From Octopus sinensis (taxonomy: Eukaryota): 64,000 nucleotides of DNA. The notes under the pieces were generated by a model. It ran no database searches and was not told the DNA's origin. It saw only the letters and a list, made by a program, of their open reading frames with translations. The stretch lies in contig NC_042998.1 in the NCBI RefSeq assembly GCF_006345805.1, positions 141,794,001 through 141,858,000 of the forward strand. The letters run 5' to 3'. The first letter of the stretch is position 1; each line of letters opens with the position of its first letter. Positions 25,311 to 38,858 of the stretch are shown here, one piece after another. The position numbers and the translations under genes are program-made.

Positions 25311-26021
25311 CTCGTTTTTTTTTCATATGAAATATTTATTAAAAGGTCTTAATTGTTTTCTTTAGTTTTTCTCTTTTTTTTCGTCAACAAAATTATCAAA
25401 AACTGAAAAATATGTAGGAAAAAAGGTGTATGTGAGAGAATTTGTGCCGTAAGAAAAAAAGAAGGGGGGGGGCGAAATTGATGAAGAAAAACGAGGAAGA
25501 CGTGATGAAAGGACGGGGTGGGGGAGGCAAAAGAGGAAAAGATTGAGGTAAAAGTGAAAGAGGGAAAGTAAGAGGAAAGAAATGGAGAAGAGCAGAGAGA
25601 AAAGAATTGAGGAAGGGTGGAAGGAGATAGAGAGAACAGAGTAGTGGAAGGAGGAAGAAGAGCTGGACAGTGAGGGTGAAAGGAAGACGAGGAAAGAAGT
25701 ATGGGTGATGGGATGAGGGGAAAAGTGAAGGTAAATGGAAGAAAAGCTGAGTTGGAAAGAAAAGAGCTGAGGGTTGTTTTGAATAACTGGAGAAAATGAT
25801 AGGTTTGGATGGAAGGAAGGAAGGAAAAGAAAAAGAAAGAATGAATGATTGAGATAAATACATATACACACATAGACATATACTTACACACGCACACACA
25901 CACACACACACGTATATTTGCAAAAATTCGCTGAATGCAAAACCTACCCCATTTTCCTACATTTATCCGTTTGTCTTCCCTTGGTTTCTTGACACTTATA
26001 TACATCCATATACACATACAT

Positions 26022-26066
<45 letters not shown>

Positions 26067-26568
26067 CCATCTCATATACCCAACAAATACTTTCACACGT
26101 AGATGTTTGCATTCACACACCTGTATAGCACACATGCATAACCAGTAAAGCTATCGTGTGTATATATAGTGATTTCCAAACGTCCACACTTATACACAAA
26201 GATGTATAAACCGAAGAAACGTGCTTATTATATACACTCTACATGAATTTTCCATCTCCCACTCGCAAACACAGATAATAAGGCTACCTGCTTCGTTGTA
26301 CCCAAGGGTACTTATCCGATTTTTTTTCATTTATTTATTTATTTCAAGGTATAAACCATGTTTTATGAATGTAAGGTACCCATTTCTGCAGAGACAGCAG
26401 AATTCGAGTGCAAGCATACGACCACAAAGAAACTCCATCTATATATATTAAATACAATACATACATGTGTGTGTGTGTGTGTTATCTAAATAGATGTGTG
26501 TTTTGTAAGTTCCATACTCGAAACTCTCGGTCCTTGAGTCATATTGCAACTTCTGCCGATTAAAAATA

Positions 26569-26569
<1 letters not shown>

Positions 26570-26599
<30 letters not shown>

Positions 26600-26711
26600 A
26601 TTATATATATAATATAATATATAATACACACCACACATACACTCATGTTTTGGTTTCTGTTCTCCGAAACGTGTGTGAGTGTATATACATATAATACACA
26701 CACACCTATAA

Positions 26712-26762
<51 letters not shown>

Positions 26763-27026
26763 CCACACAACATATATATATATATATATAATTTACATAC
26801 ACACACACACACACATATTATATATATATACATACACATATTAATATATACATATACCATACATACACATATATATATATATATATACATTTACATACAT
26901 ACACATATATATACATACATATACATACATATACATATATATACATACTATACATACATACATATACATACATATATATACATATACATATATATATATA
27001 CATATATATACATATACATATACATA

Positions 27027-27058
<32 letters not shown>

Positions 27059-27862
27059 CATACATATATATATATATATACATACATATATATATATATA
27101 TACATACATATATATATATATATACATACATATATATATATATACATACATATATATATATATACATACATATATATATATATACATACATATATATATA
27201 TATATACATACATATATATATATATACATACTATATATATATATATACATACATATATATATATACATACATATATATACATATACATACATATATATAT
27301 ATATACATACATATATATATACATACATATATATATATACATACATATATATATATATACATACATATATATATATATACATACATATATATATATACAT
27401 ACATACATATATAATATATCCATACATATTATATATATACATACATATATATATATACATATATATATATATACATACTATATTATATACATACATATAT
27501 ATATACATACATATATATATATACATACATATATATATATACATACATAATATATACAATATATATATATACATACATATATATATATATACATCATATA
27601 TATACATACTATATATATACATACATATATATATACATATATATATATACATACATATATATATACACATACATATATATATACTACATATATATATACA
27701 TACATATATATATAATACATATATATATATACATACATATATATATACATACATATATATATACATACATATATATATATATACTACATATATATATACA
27801 CATACATATATATATACATACATTATATATATATACATACATATATATATACATATATATAT

Positions 27863-27922
<60 letters not shown>

Positions 27923-28086
27923 GTGTGTGTGTATGTACACACTATTATATATATATGTATCCCGAGCATGAAACTTATAATAGCTCACATTCAAATCCTG
28001 TGTTTATTAAATGGTATATATATATATATATTATATAATATATATATATATATAATATATATATATTATATATATATATATATATA
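26570..28086. repeat. ~1.5-kb (TA)n/(TACA)n compound microsatellite region
   Basis: Direct inspection; short unique interruptions at ~26640-26680 and ~27960-28015. Confidence 0.95.
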
Positions 28087-31064
28087 ACTGGGGGATATCT
28101 ACTTATATGATACAGGGGTAAAACAGAATAGGTTTTTTTTTTTTTTTTGTTTTCAACCCGTTTTATTGAAAAGGGGTAGATGAGATTGAATAGAATTGTC
28201 AGTCGGGGTGGAATGCGAGGCGACATCGGGTGATTTGCATGTGGTTTTGATAGTGAAAAAGGCAGCAAGCAGCCTCCTCTTCCTATAACGGGTACCTAAC
28301 TGAACTAAAGGCCGCCTACATATTAAAACTGCAACCGTCGATCGATTGACTTAGCTTTTATATACATTCATATAATCACTAACCACACCGATTTCATTAT
28401 ATACATATTCACAGATACCATATCACTGTTAGACTTTATGTATATTTGTGAATGTGTGTATATGTACACACACATATTTTCACCTATTTTACTTTTCATA
28501 TTACTATGTTGTACATTCCTTGTTAGTATTTTACCCTAGTTCTTAATAAATATCTTAAGCAAGCGGAGCTCTGTTTTCTGTTTCATCTAATCTATGTATA
28601 TTATCTATCTCTATACCTTATTTCATACGCACTCGTCATTTCGCTTTGATTATTTAATCGAAATTAATTCCATATCTATCTCTCCTGTTTGTAGCTATGC
28701 ATTCGAATGTATCCAGATCGATCACTAACTACATCCCACTATCAGTACATCAATCATGTTTAGTTTATGCCACACACACACACACACACAGAGATTACAT
28801 TCGTCTCGAGTAAATTTATATACACCACCGGTAACAATGTCATACATCCATGTGTCTGAGAGTAAACATAAAGAAAAAGAAAGAAAACAGAAATCAACGA
28901 AAACGTGCGAGTGCATAAAATTAAGTTTGACAATTTAATGATAAATACACAAGTACACACACACAAATGGTTATTGTAGGGAATTTACTATTTTGCAATC
29001 AGTATGACGAAGCGAGTTACGGAAAGCATCATGTAAGCATATTATATCTACAACACTTTATACACAGTTAGTTATATCAGCCTTTCTTCAGTGTGAATAT
29101 GCATACATGTGCTTGTGTGTGTATATGCGCGTGTGATGATTATATAATGTAGTTGTTATAGAGGGAGAGAGAGAGAGAGAGAGTGAGTGAGGTGCTTCAT
29201 GATTCCCTTTACGTAATAAAATGAATCGCAACATAGTAGTGGACACGCACTATATTTACACACACACATACACACACAAACACACTCATATATATATACA
29301 CACACACATACTCATATATGTACATTTTTTACTTGTTTCAGTGATTAGGCTGTGGCCATGCTGGGGTAATACCTTGAAGCATTTTTAGTCGAATAGAGCC
29401 AATTTTTTTTTTTAGAAAAGGTACTACTTATTTTATTGAATCTCTTTTGCCGAGCCGCTAAGTTTCTAATTTTGGCACAGGGCCAGCAATTCTGAGTGGA
29501 AAGAGTAAGCCGATTATTACATCGATCACCATTACTTGATTGGTATTCGTTTTATTCATTCTTAATAATAACAATAATACATTACATGCCAATGTACCGT
29601 ATTATATGAAACTGAGAATAAAATATATACACAGATGCACCCGTGCGTGTGTGTAAACACGTGTATATGTGAATGTGTGCACACACACACACACACTTAT
29701 GCGTGTGTATATTTATGTCATTGAAAAAGAACGAGTACTGTACGAAACATACAGCGCGTGACTATTGCTTTGAGTCTTGTAGCGTTTATTGTTGTAATAT
29801 TATTTATTAAAGGAGATAAAAAGAAAAAAAGACGATAATGATAAAAAAAAATAATAATAAACAAAAACATTAAGGAAAAACAAGACTGATGTGACAAGAA
29901 GCGGAAAAAAACCGTCTGCCTCTCTCCTCGTCTCTTTACGAGGAAAGTACAAATGATCGTTATTACAATGTTGTTCAAGTGCATAGTGTGTGTATACAGA
30001 TGCATGTGAGTGTGTGTGTACGTATGTATGTATATATGCGTGTGCGTGTGTATAAGTATGTATGTATGTATGTATATGCGACTATAAGTGTGTGTGTGTG
30101 GTGTGTGTGTAAATATATAAACAGAAATATACATAAATAATGTCTGTGTACATAGTATAAATGTGTTTGTGTATATATATATATATGTATGTATAAAATG
30201 TGTGCATGTATGGGAAATAGCATTTGTATGGGCCAGCTGGCTCTAACAATGATAGGCAGCAAACAGTGGCAGAGATAGTGGTTGTTTTTTTTTTGTTGTT
30301 GTTTTTTTTTTCTCTCCTTGCTTTGTTTATTATAACAGCAATGATAATTATTATCACCATTCTCTTTTCAGAAGGCAGTCTCACAAAAATGCAACAAAAA
30401 ACAAAAATAGAAAAAAAAAAAAGAGTCAAAACACACACACACACACAAATAGGTATATACAGACACACCTTGTCACTATTCATTTCTTATGTGTTGACAG
30501 ACATGCTTACATGCATAAACACACACACACGTGTGAGTGTGTATTTAGAAGAGAAATGAAGAAATTAAAGGGGAAAATATGGTTATATGAGCATACACCA
30601 ATCAAAATTAGATAGACAGTGAAAAAGAGATAAAGAACAGAGAGGTGAGAGTGACCACAGACGAATGACAGAGAGAGAACGTTGCATGCTTTTCATTCCA
30701 TTCTCCCATTCTATGCAATGTATATATATATGTGTGTGTGAGTGTATACCACACACACATATTTATATGTAATATATATATATATATATGTATAAATAAC
30801 AGTAACGATAATAATAGTGGATGAAAACTTCGCTGAAATAATCAGAATATGAATGAAATCAGCGGGGAACTGAGGAGAAAAAAGTATTCGAAGAGAAGTT
30901 AGGGAGAAAAAAATATATTATTAAACGGGTATCAGTAGCGATGGTACTGTCATTTTTTTTTTACCAGCTGTTTCTCTATGTATACGCGTGTTTGTATATA
31001 TAATACGAGCGTGTGTATGTGAGAGGAATAATAGGATATGATGAGTGTTAGAGAGAGAACTTAC

Positions 31065-31240
31065 CGTTATAATCACATGGAGATAAGCGAGTAAAAAAAA
31101 AAGGAAAAAGACTAAATGAGACTTCACCTTTGCCATTCACGACAGCATGAAAGCAGCCATCTTTGAAACATTAGTCGAATCGGTGACTACTCGATGTTCG
31201 GAAGCAGGCGATACTACTTGATAAAACTTTAACACCATCA
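31065..31240 (-). promoter_or_regulatory. Putative first (5' UTR) exon / TSS region of the minus-strand gene
   Basis: Consensus donor ACG|GTAAGT at 31064, YY1-type AAGATGGC motif at 31163-31156, CpG-rich unique sequence, adjacent (GA)n tract upstream. The 5' boundary is a guess. Confidence 0.5.
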
Positions 31241-31251
31241 CCTCTCTCTCC

Positions 31252-31293
<42 letters not shown>

Positions 31294-31374
31294 TTCTATC
31301 TTTATCTCTATCTCTCCTTTTTCCTTTCCTATCTCTTTTTCTCTCTCTCTTTCTCAGTGTCTCCTTTGTGTTTT

Positions 31375-31508
<134 letters not shown>

Positions 31509-31689
31509 GGATAATGCTATGAATGGTCTCAAATTGGTAGATTCCTGAGCATAAACTCAAAGTTATATATGTATGTGCACATATGTGTGTGCATATATAT
31601 TTATATATAATGTGTGTGTGTGTATGTATGTCTACATACATATGCATATAAATACATACATATTTATATATACGTGTAATATATATATA

Positions 31690-31731
<42 letters not shown>

Positions 31732-31826
31732 AACGCACGCACACACACACACATATATGCATGTGTCTGTATGTATCTATATACATGTATGCATTTTTGG
31801 CTAATATCTATCTGTCTGTCTGTCTT

Positions 31827-31887
<61 letters not shown>

Positions 31888-32224
31888 TTATACATGCATA
31901 TATATATATATCATCATGATCATCTTCATCATTTAACGTCCATTTTCCATGCTGGAATGGGTTAGATGGTTTCGCAAAAAGCTGGAAAGGCGAGGCGCCA
32001 CACTAAGCTCTGTTGTCTGTTTTGGCATGGTTTCTATGGCTGGATGCCCTTCCTAACGCCGGCCACTTTACAGTGTACTGGGTGCTTTTTATGTGACACC
32101 AGTACCGACAAGGTCACTTGCAAGACAACCCCCACCACCTCAGGTGGAAAGTTGTTGCAGTGAGAGGGATGGCTTTGTGCTAGTTAATGTATGTATGTAT
32201 GTCTCTATGTATGTATATATATAA

Positions 32225-32646
32225 TATAAAATCCGTTATGCCTGTCTGTGTGTGTCTCCTAGGATCTCGGACATCTCCCTTCCGATTGCGCTCAAATTTG
32301 ATATGTAGATACCGACGGTATGTGGGCGTGTATAAGTCTTGAAAAAATTACAAAAATCGATTCCAGGTGAGAATGCGATCGATAAAGCCGTGGGAACCTG
32401 CATTTGTACGCACAAGTACATCAGCTGTTGCAAGTACGCGCAAGTACACCAGCTGTGCAAAAGATTGACACTGCCCTTGCGAACCATCAGTCGAAATGCA
32501 TGGAACTCCATTTGCGAGATTTTTTTGAATGGTTGAACAGGCAGCAGAGTCACAGGATCACACCTGGGTATATCAATTCTGTAACCATCGTCGCCAAAAG
32601 GAAAAAACATTTCCTGCCATTCAAGGATGATGTCACGCTTTGTCAC
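32225..32646. mobile_element. Helitron remnant with RepHel coding fragment on the minus strand (~32437-32646)
   Basis: KRDIIL...FFPFGDDGY...KKISQMEFHAFRLMVR.G..NLLH resembles the region just N-terminal to the Helitron Rep domain (LFP.G.DG / ..Y.YRLM.R). Confidence 0.7.
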
Positions 32647-32710
32647 TCAGCACTGTCCTTTGGACGGGGGGCGTTTTGCTCGTATATATATATATATATA
32701 TATACACATA

Positions 32711-33265
32711 CAACGCTGTGTCAAAAAATAATGCCATTTTGTTTAGGACAGGTATAATTACCAACACAGGAACATGTATCATACATCAAAATGAAGCTGG
32801 TCCGCTGTGGACTACATCCCTACTTCTGAACATAGTCACCGTTTTCCTTAATAGCAATGATCCACCTTCGAATGAGAGTATATATCCCTGCCCCATAAAA
32901 TTCTGTTGACTGCTCTGTGAGGCACTTCTTCACTACAGTTTTCACTCCCTTGTCACTGGGATAATGTTTGCCTCTCAAACCCCCTTTCATGGGGCCAAAT
33001 AGGTGATAGTCTGAAGGCGTTAAATTATTCCAGTGACGAGGAAGTGAAAACTATAGTGAAGAAGTGGCTCAAAGAACAGTCAACAGAATTTTACAGGGCA
33101 GGGATTCGAAGGTGGAACATTGCTGTTGAGAGAAACGGTGACTATGTTGAGAAGTGGGATGTGATCCACAGAGGACCAGCTTCATTTTGATGTATGATAC
33201 ATGTTCCTGTGCCGGTAATTATACCTGTCCTAAACAAAATGGCATTACTTTTTGACTCACCCTCG
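32711..33265. mobile_element. Fold-back mariner derivative made of two inverted transposase 3' ends
   Basis: Left arm (minus) APSDYHLFGPMK...ENGDYVQK*; right arm (plus) YSSDEEVK...WLKEQSTEFY...ERNGDYVEK. Both continue into the same TIR, with TA flanks. Confidence 0.88.
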
Positions 33266-33316
33266 TATATATATGTACATATATGACATATATATGCATA
33301 TATATATTATATATAT

Positions 33317-33368
<52 letters not shown>

Positions 33369-33370
33369 TA

Positions 33371-33410
<40 letters not shown>

Positions 33411-33428
33411 GTTTAAATATTTGTTGTG

Positions 33429-33528
33429 NNNNNNNNNNNNNNNNNNNNNNNNNNNNNNNNNNNNNNNNNNNNNNNNNNNNNNNNNNNNNNNNNNNNNNNN
33501 NNNNNNNNNNNNNNNNNNNNNNNNNNNN
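33429..33528. other. Assembly gap (100 N)
   Basis: Run of N. Confidence 1.
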
Positions 33529-34120
33529 TCCCAGAGTTTCCTTGCAAGTGGTAAGCTTCCTAAAAAGCTAAAAGAAGGCTGAAAAACTACGACTTTACTC
33601 CCTGAGCGAAGGCGTGACAAGTATGTAATAATCTACATATGGAAAATTCTGGAAGAGCTAGTACCTAATTTCGGCATTGAGTATTCTACAAATGCGCGAA
33701 CTAAACGCTATTGTATTGTACCAAAAGCACCATCCACCCCGTCTAAAATCTTGACGAGGTACTGCAATAGCCTGGGGTTGAAAGGCCAACAGCTCTTCAA
33801 TGTCCTGTCAAAAAAATTAGGAAACCTACACAATGTGGACGTGGATGTCTTCCAAAAGGAATTGGACATTCTCCACTCTACAATACCGGATGAACCAAGG
33901 GCCCAGCGTGAGGTACAGATGAGGACAGCTGTGTCAAACTCCTTCATATACAACATGGGCCAACAACCAAAGGAAAAGCACATACACAAGTGGTGATATG
34001 AAGTCCCACCAACCTGAAGAAATCAGCCAAAGAAGAATGGTATGTACGTACAAAATCAGGGTGGTGCTCCAGCGTGACTGCAGTCATATGGCTGAAACGA
34101 TTAAATGAATAAAAAAAAAA
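33529..34120 (+). mobile_element. CR1-like LINE 3' end
   Basis: LRLYSLERRRDKYVIIYIWKILEELVPNFG...GQQLFNVL...FQKELD...IPDEP, then 3' tail and A-run. Confidence 0.8.
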
Positions 34121-34419
34121 CATTGACTGGCTTTTTTATGCTGGCATGGTTGGACAGTTCAGCAGACACCGACAAGTTAGAGGACTACGCCAGACTACAG
34201 TATCTACTTTGGCAAGGTTTCAATAGTTAGATGCCAACCATTTTACAGAGTATAATGGCTGCTTTTCTTCGCAGCTCCATCACTGGTGAGTTCACTTAAC
34301 GTCTCGCAAAACAAAACCCTTCAGCTGAGTGGTATTTAGTATTGAGGAGTATGAAAGTATGATGGGGGGGGTCAAGAGCATGTATTCTGCTGAAAAGCTA
34401 ATACATAGCTTCCCAATCT

Positions 34420-34475
<56 letters not shown>

Positions 34476-34620
34476 GAGAGAAAGAAAGAGAGAGAGAGAG
34501 GTAGACAGACAGACAGAAAGACAGAAAGAGAGATGTGAAATCAAGGTACAGGTGAATACGGAATAGGGGAGAATCGCGTTAGACGAACAGTGAAGGTGGT
34601 TATATATATATATATATATA

Positions 34621-34682
<62 letters not shown>

Positions 34683-34690
34683 TATAATAC

Positions 34691-34724
<34 letters not shown>

Positions 34725-34744
34725 ATATACACACATATATATAT

Positions 34745-34785
<41 letters not shown>

Positions 34786-34838
34786 ACATACATACGTATG
34801 TGTGCATACTTACATCTATACGTATATACATATGCATA

Positions 34839-35330
34839 TATGGGCACAGGACGTCACAAAATGTTTACAACAAAAAATACGAATTACGAGTACATGGAAA
34901 ATGAACTATTTTTTCGAACAACGAAAGACACAAATGGAAAACAAGACAAACAACATAAAGAAAGACTCTTCATCAGTTGTTGGCTGTTTTTCTACTCTCG
35001 TATTTCGAGCATTTAACAACAAGATACGCTTTCGATAAAACAGTTGCTCCCGCAAAGCAAATTAAATACAATTTGGTATTTTGCGGAGGGTCAAAATTGG
35101 TAACACAAACAGGACAGTTAATACAAACAGGAAGGGCTGCTAACCCTAAACGAGGTTGTGGTGGCGAACGCGTAAATCAAGATTGGACAGGAAACAGACA
35201 AGAACACGTCTTCCATGTTCCATCTACAACGGAGAGAAAGAAAGAAACACAAGTTAGGAGAAGAAAGATGGCCGATGGCCAGGTGGGAGCCACATGAGCA
35301 AGGGAAGAGGAGTGAGATATATATAAATGT
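34839..35330. repeat. Unclassified interspersed repeat (second copy at 13084-13259), possibly Penelope pLTR-derived
   Basis: TGGGCACAGGA.GTCACAAA...AAACAAGACAAACAACATAAAGAA...ATCAGTT.TTGGCTGTTTTTCTACTC shared between both copies. Confidence 0.7.
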
Positions 35331-35775
35331 ATATATCAAAATGCAATCTTTATGTCCAACTTAACGTGTAAGTTTAATTAGAATACCTGGAGAAAACCTC
35401 TGATATGGACTCGTAGTGCATAAAAGGACTCGTATTTATATCATTCTCAGATGAGAATCGTCTGCTAAAGCCAACGGAATTGCCAGTTAACGTGATTTCG
35501 TTCTGCTTTGGGCTCAGTGGCAAACGTCCATTAGCGACTTAACAGCCGAATCTCACTGTCAAGGATATACGGAATACTAGCATCTTTTCTGACACTGGTG
35601 TCGCAAATAGCCAGCAAGCTTATTAAAAAAATAATCAATAGCGACTGAAGAAGTATTAAAACCACAAGGCGATCTTCATGTCCAACTTAACATGACTCCA
35701 TATGAGATGAATTATATACATACATATGCACACATACACACACATACATACATACATACATACATACATACATAA

Positions 35776-35806
<31 letters not shown>

Positions 35807-36415
35807 GCACACATACATACATGTGCGTGCGTGATTTATTTAAGCTGATCCAATGGCCGGTTATTCTGCAATTTCCAAAGCATGCCGCTGTTATATGTGT
35901 GGTATATGTATTACACACACACACATACACACACGCACGCAAGCATGCAAGCACCCACACCCCCACATATGCACGTGCGCGGGTACAAACACTTATTATT
36001 AAAGCTGCCAAATTATCACAGGAGTATTACTCAGAGTTTCACGTTCCCGTTCATCGGACAGTTGTAATAAATATTTATCACAACTTTTAGTGAAAAATAT
36101 GTTACTCTACCTTTGGTATTCGAGTATTATTTTTTTCCACCTTGTTTTGTTCTAATATGCTCACCTGTATGTGAGTATATGTGTGTAGCAATATAATTCA
36201 TTTACCCAAGGATGTGTATGGGATAGTAAGAGACAAAGAACTGATAGCATAAAAGTAGAAGAATTATTGGAATACACTAATAAAAAGGTAAAAGATAACC
36301 AGGGAGTAATAAAAGTCATAAATGGTATTTACGCGTTACAAAATGTATACAAATATATATGGATATGCATATATATAAATACATACATACATACATACAT
36401 ACATACATACATACA

Positions 36416-36448
<33 letters not shown>

Positions 36449-36475
36449 GCATACATACATACATATTCTGAATCT

Positions 36476-36712
36476 GAGACCCCCTTCGGTCACGACACTG
36501 ACCATGGGATTGCACCTAGAAAGTTACCCTTCGAGGAACAAGTCCGGGCAAGGTTGTTTATAGAAGACCAGCAGTTGCCCATGCATACCGGCCTCCACTC
36601 TCCACGCCAGCAGTGTTATCCAAGGGAAAGGCAAAGGCCGATACGGCTTGGCACCTGTGACGTCGTAACTCATTTCTACTGCTGAGTGAACTGGAGCAAC
36701 GTGAAATAAAGT
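36476..36712 (-). mobile_element. Family C SINE (3' part)
   Basis: Matches 2505-2760. Confidence 0.8.
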
Positions 36713-36800
36713 GAGCATGATAAATACATACATACATACATACATACATACATACATGCATACATACATACATACATACATACATACATACATACATACA

Positions 36801-36831
<31 letters not shown>

Positions 36832-36832
36832 T

Positions 36833-36869
<37 letters not shown>

Positions 36870-37140
36870 ATATTAGAAAAAACCCACCTTTTATCAATTC
36901 AAAATGAATAATTAAATTACATCATGTAGAAAATTACATATAATAGAAAAGTTAAAATTAAAATAACAATTAAAAAGTAAAGATTAAGTAAATTACAAGA
37001 ATACTATAATGTATATATACATTATATTATTCTTGTACATTATATTATTCTTGTAATTTACTTAATCATGTAATTTTCTAGATGGTGTAATTTAATTATT
37101 CATTTTGAATTGATAAAAGGTGGGAGGGGCTTTCTAATAT
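36870..37140. repeat. ~270-bp AT-rich palindromic element
   Basis: CCCACCTTTTATCAATTCAAAATGAATAATTAAATTAC / GTAATTTAATTATTCATTTTGAATTGATAAAAGGTGGG perfect inverted repeat, plus an inner inverted repeat. Confidence 0.9.
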
Positions 37141-37260
37141 TTTATATATATTATATTGTGTGGAATTTGATTTAGTATTTCTAAATTGAATTCTTTTTCC
37201 TTCTAAGTTTGGATTTTATTCCCTTAAATAATAATAATAATTATATATATATATATATAT

Positions 37261-37567
37261 CACGTGATCACGTGACCGACTAGACCATCAGATGTTGTTA
37301 CACATCGCTGGTCACAATGCGTTCGCATTGTTTTAGCCTTCGAATGACGCCACCCCGCTGGCTAAGCGAGCAGGCCAACAGAATAAAGAGTGGGAGAAAG
37401 AGTGGTGAAAGAGTACAGCAGGGATCACCCCCCCCTGCCGGAGCCTCGTGGAGCTTTTTTAGGTGTTTTCGCTCAATAAACACACACAACGCCCGGTCTG
37501 GGAATCGAAACCGCGATCCTGCGACCGCGAGTCCGCTGCCCTAACCACTAGGCCATTGCGCCTCCAC
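37261..37567 (-). mobile_element. Full-length, little-diverged family B tRNA-derived SINE
   Basis: Minus strand GGAGGCGCAATGGCCTAGTGGTTAGGGCAGCGGACTCGCGGTCGCAGGATCGCGGTTTCGATTCCC with A and B boxes; CpGs retained. Confidence 0.88.
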
Positions 37568-37569
37568 GC

Positions 37570-37677
<108 letters not shown>

Positions 37678-37812
37678 CTCAAAGGTGTAGAAACGGCGTT
37701 ACTCCGAATGAATTAAGAAGTAGCGTAATCCAAGGGTAGAGAAAAGAATCCATGAATCAAGTGCTCCATATCAGTCAGAAGGACGTGGATGGTCTGTGTG
37801 AGCGTGCAGTAA

Positions 37813-38274
37813 ATAGTCAATTCAGATAAAGAAACAATTCAAATAAATGAATAAAAGAAAACCGAAAAACAAAATGAAAAAAAGAAGCGAAAAAATCCCG
37901 AACAAAAACGATCGTGAGGACGTGCACAGGGAACGTATTAGCTTGAAACTCGGTGAAAGGAGAGAGTTTGGCGTTTCGAGCAGAGCTCTTCATCAGGAAG
38001 GAGAAAGGGAAAAGTCCAAAGATAGAAAAGAAGTCGCCAACGCCACACGTGTAATTACATTGCTACACGTGTGCCGTTGGCAATTTCTTTTCCTTTTTTG
38101 GACTTTTCCCTTTTTCCTGTACGACGAAGAGCTATGCCCGAAATGTCAAACTCTCTCCTTTCATCGAGCGTCAAGCTAATACATTTCTTGTGCACGTCAT
38201 CAAATTTTTTTTTTTTTTTCGGATTTTTCGTTTATTTTTCGTTTTATTCTTATTCGTTTATTTGAAATGACTAT
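37813..38274. mobile_element. ~460-bp palindromic element with a hammerhead-like core in each arm
   Basis: Arms 37813-38050 / 38064-38274. Minus 37996-37970 reads CTGATGA-A-GAGC(TCT)GCTC-GAAACGCC; plus 38120-38147 reads ACGACGA-A-GAGC(TAT)GCCC-GAAATGTC. Confidence 0.8.
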
Positions 38275-38858
38275 ACACACATACATTCGCACACGTGCAC
38301 ACACGCACACACAGATACACACACACACACACACACCACACACACACATATATATATATAAAGGAAATAGAGGATGAAAATGATGAAAACTGAAACATTG
38401 AACGATAAGATGATAATGTTAAAAACTTTTAAAAAATAAATGCATTTAGCTAACATCAAATAAAAACGATGCTTGAATGTATATATGTGAATGTGTGTGT
38501 GTGTGTGTGTGTGTACACATGCATATACATACATACATACATACATACATACATACATACATACATACATACACATACACTTATATATAAATAGTTTAGA
38601 AAATGTTGAGAGGCACGCTGAATATCCGAAAATCGTGGAACATTTAAAGATTTGTTTTATAAAATGTGAACCTTATATGTAATTAGTGTATGCGTCGACA
38701 CACATGCAACTACATATATGTATACAGGCTCTAGATTTTTATGTGTGACACATTCCCCTGCATCATCTCACTACTACAAGGTTCTACTGGGTTTTGGTGT
38801 TTAGTGATGCCCAAATATGGGTGAGCTTTCTTTTTTTTTTTTTTTTTTTTTTTTTTTT

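Noticed and set aside
25349-26029. Three overlapping F/S/L/P-rich minus-strand ORFs
   Set aside because: Low-complexity polypurine/polypyrimidine tract that is open in all three frames.
37490-37567. tRNA-like sequence with A and B boxes
   Set aside because: It continues into a multi-copy SINE body and lacks a proper acceptor stem, so it is a SINE head rather than a tRNA gene.
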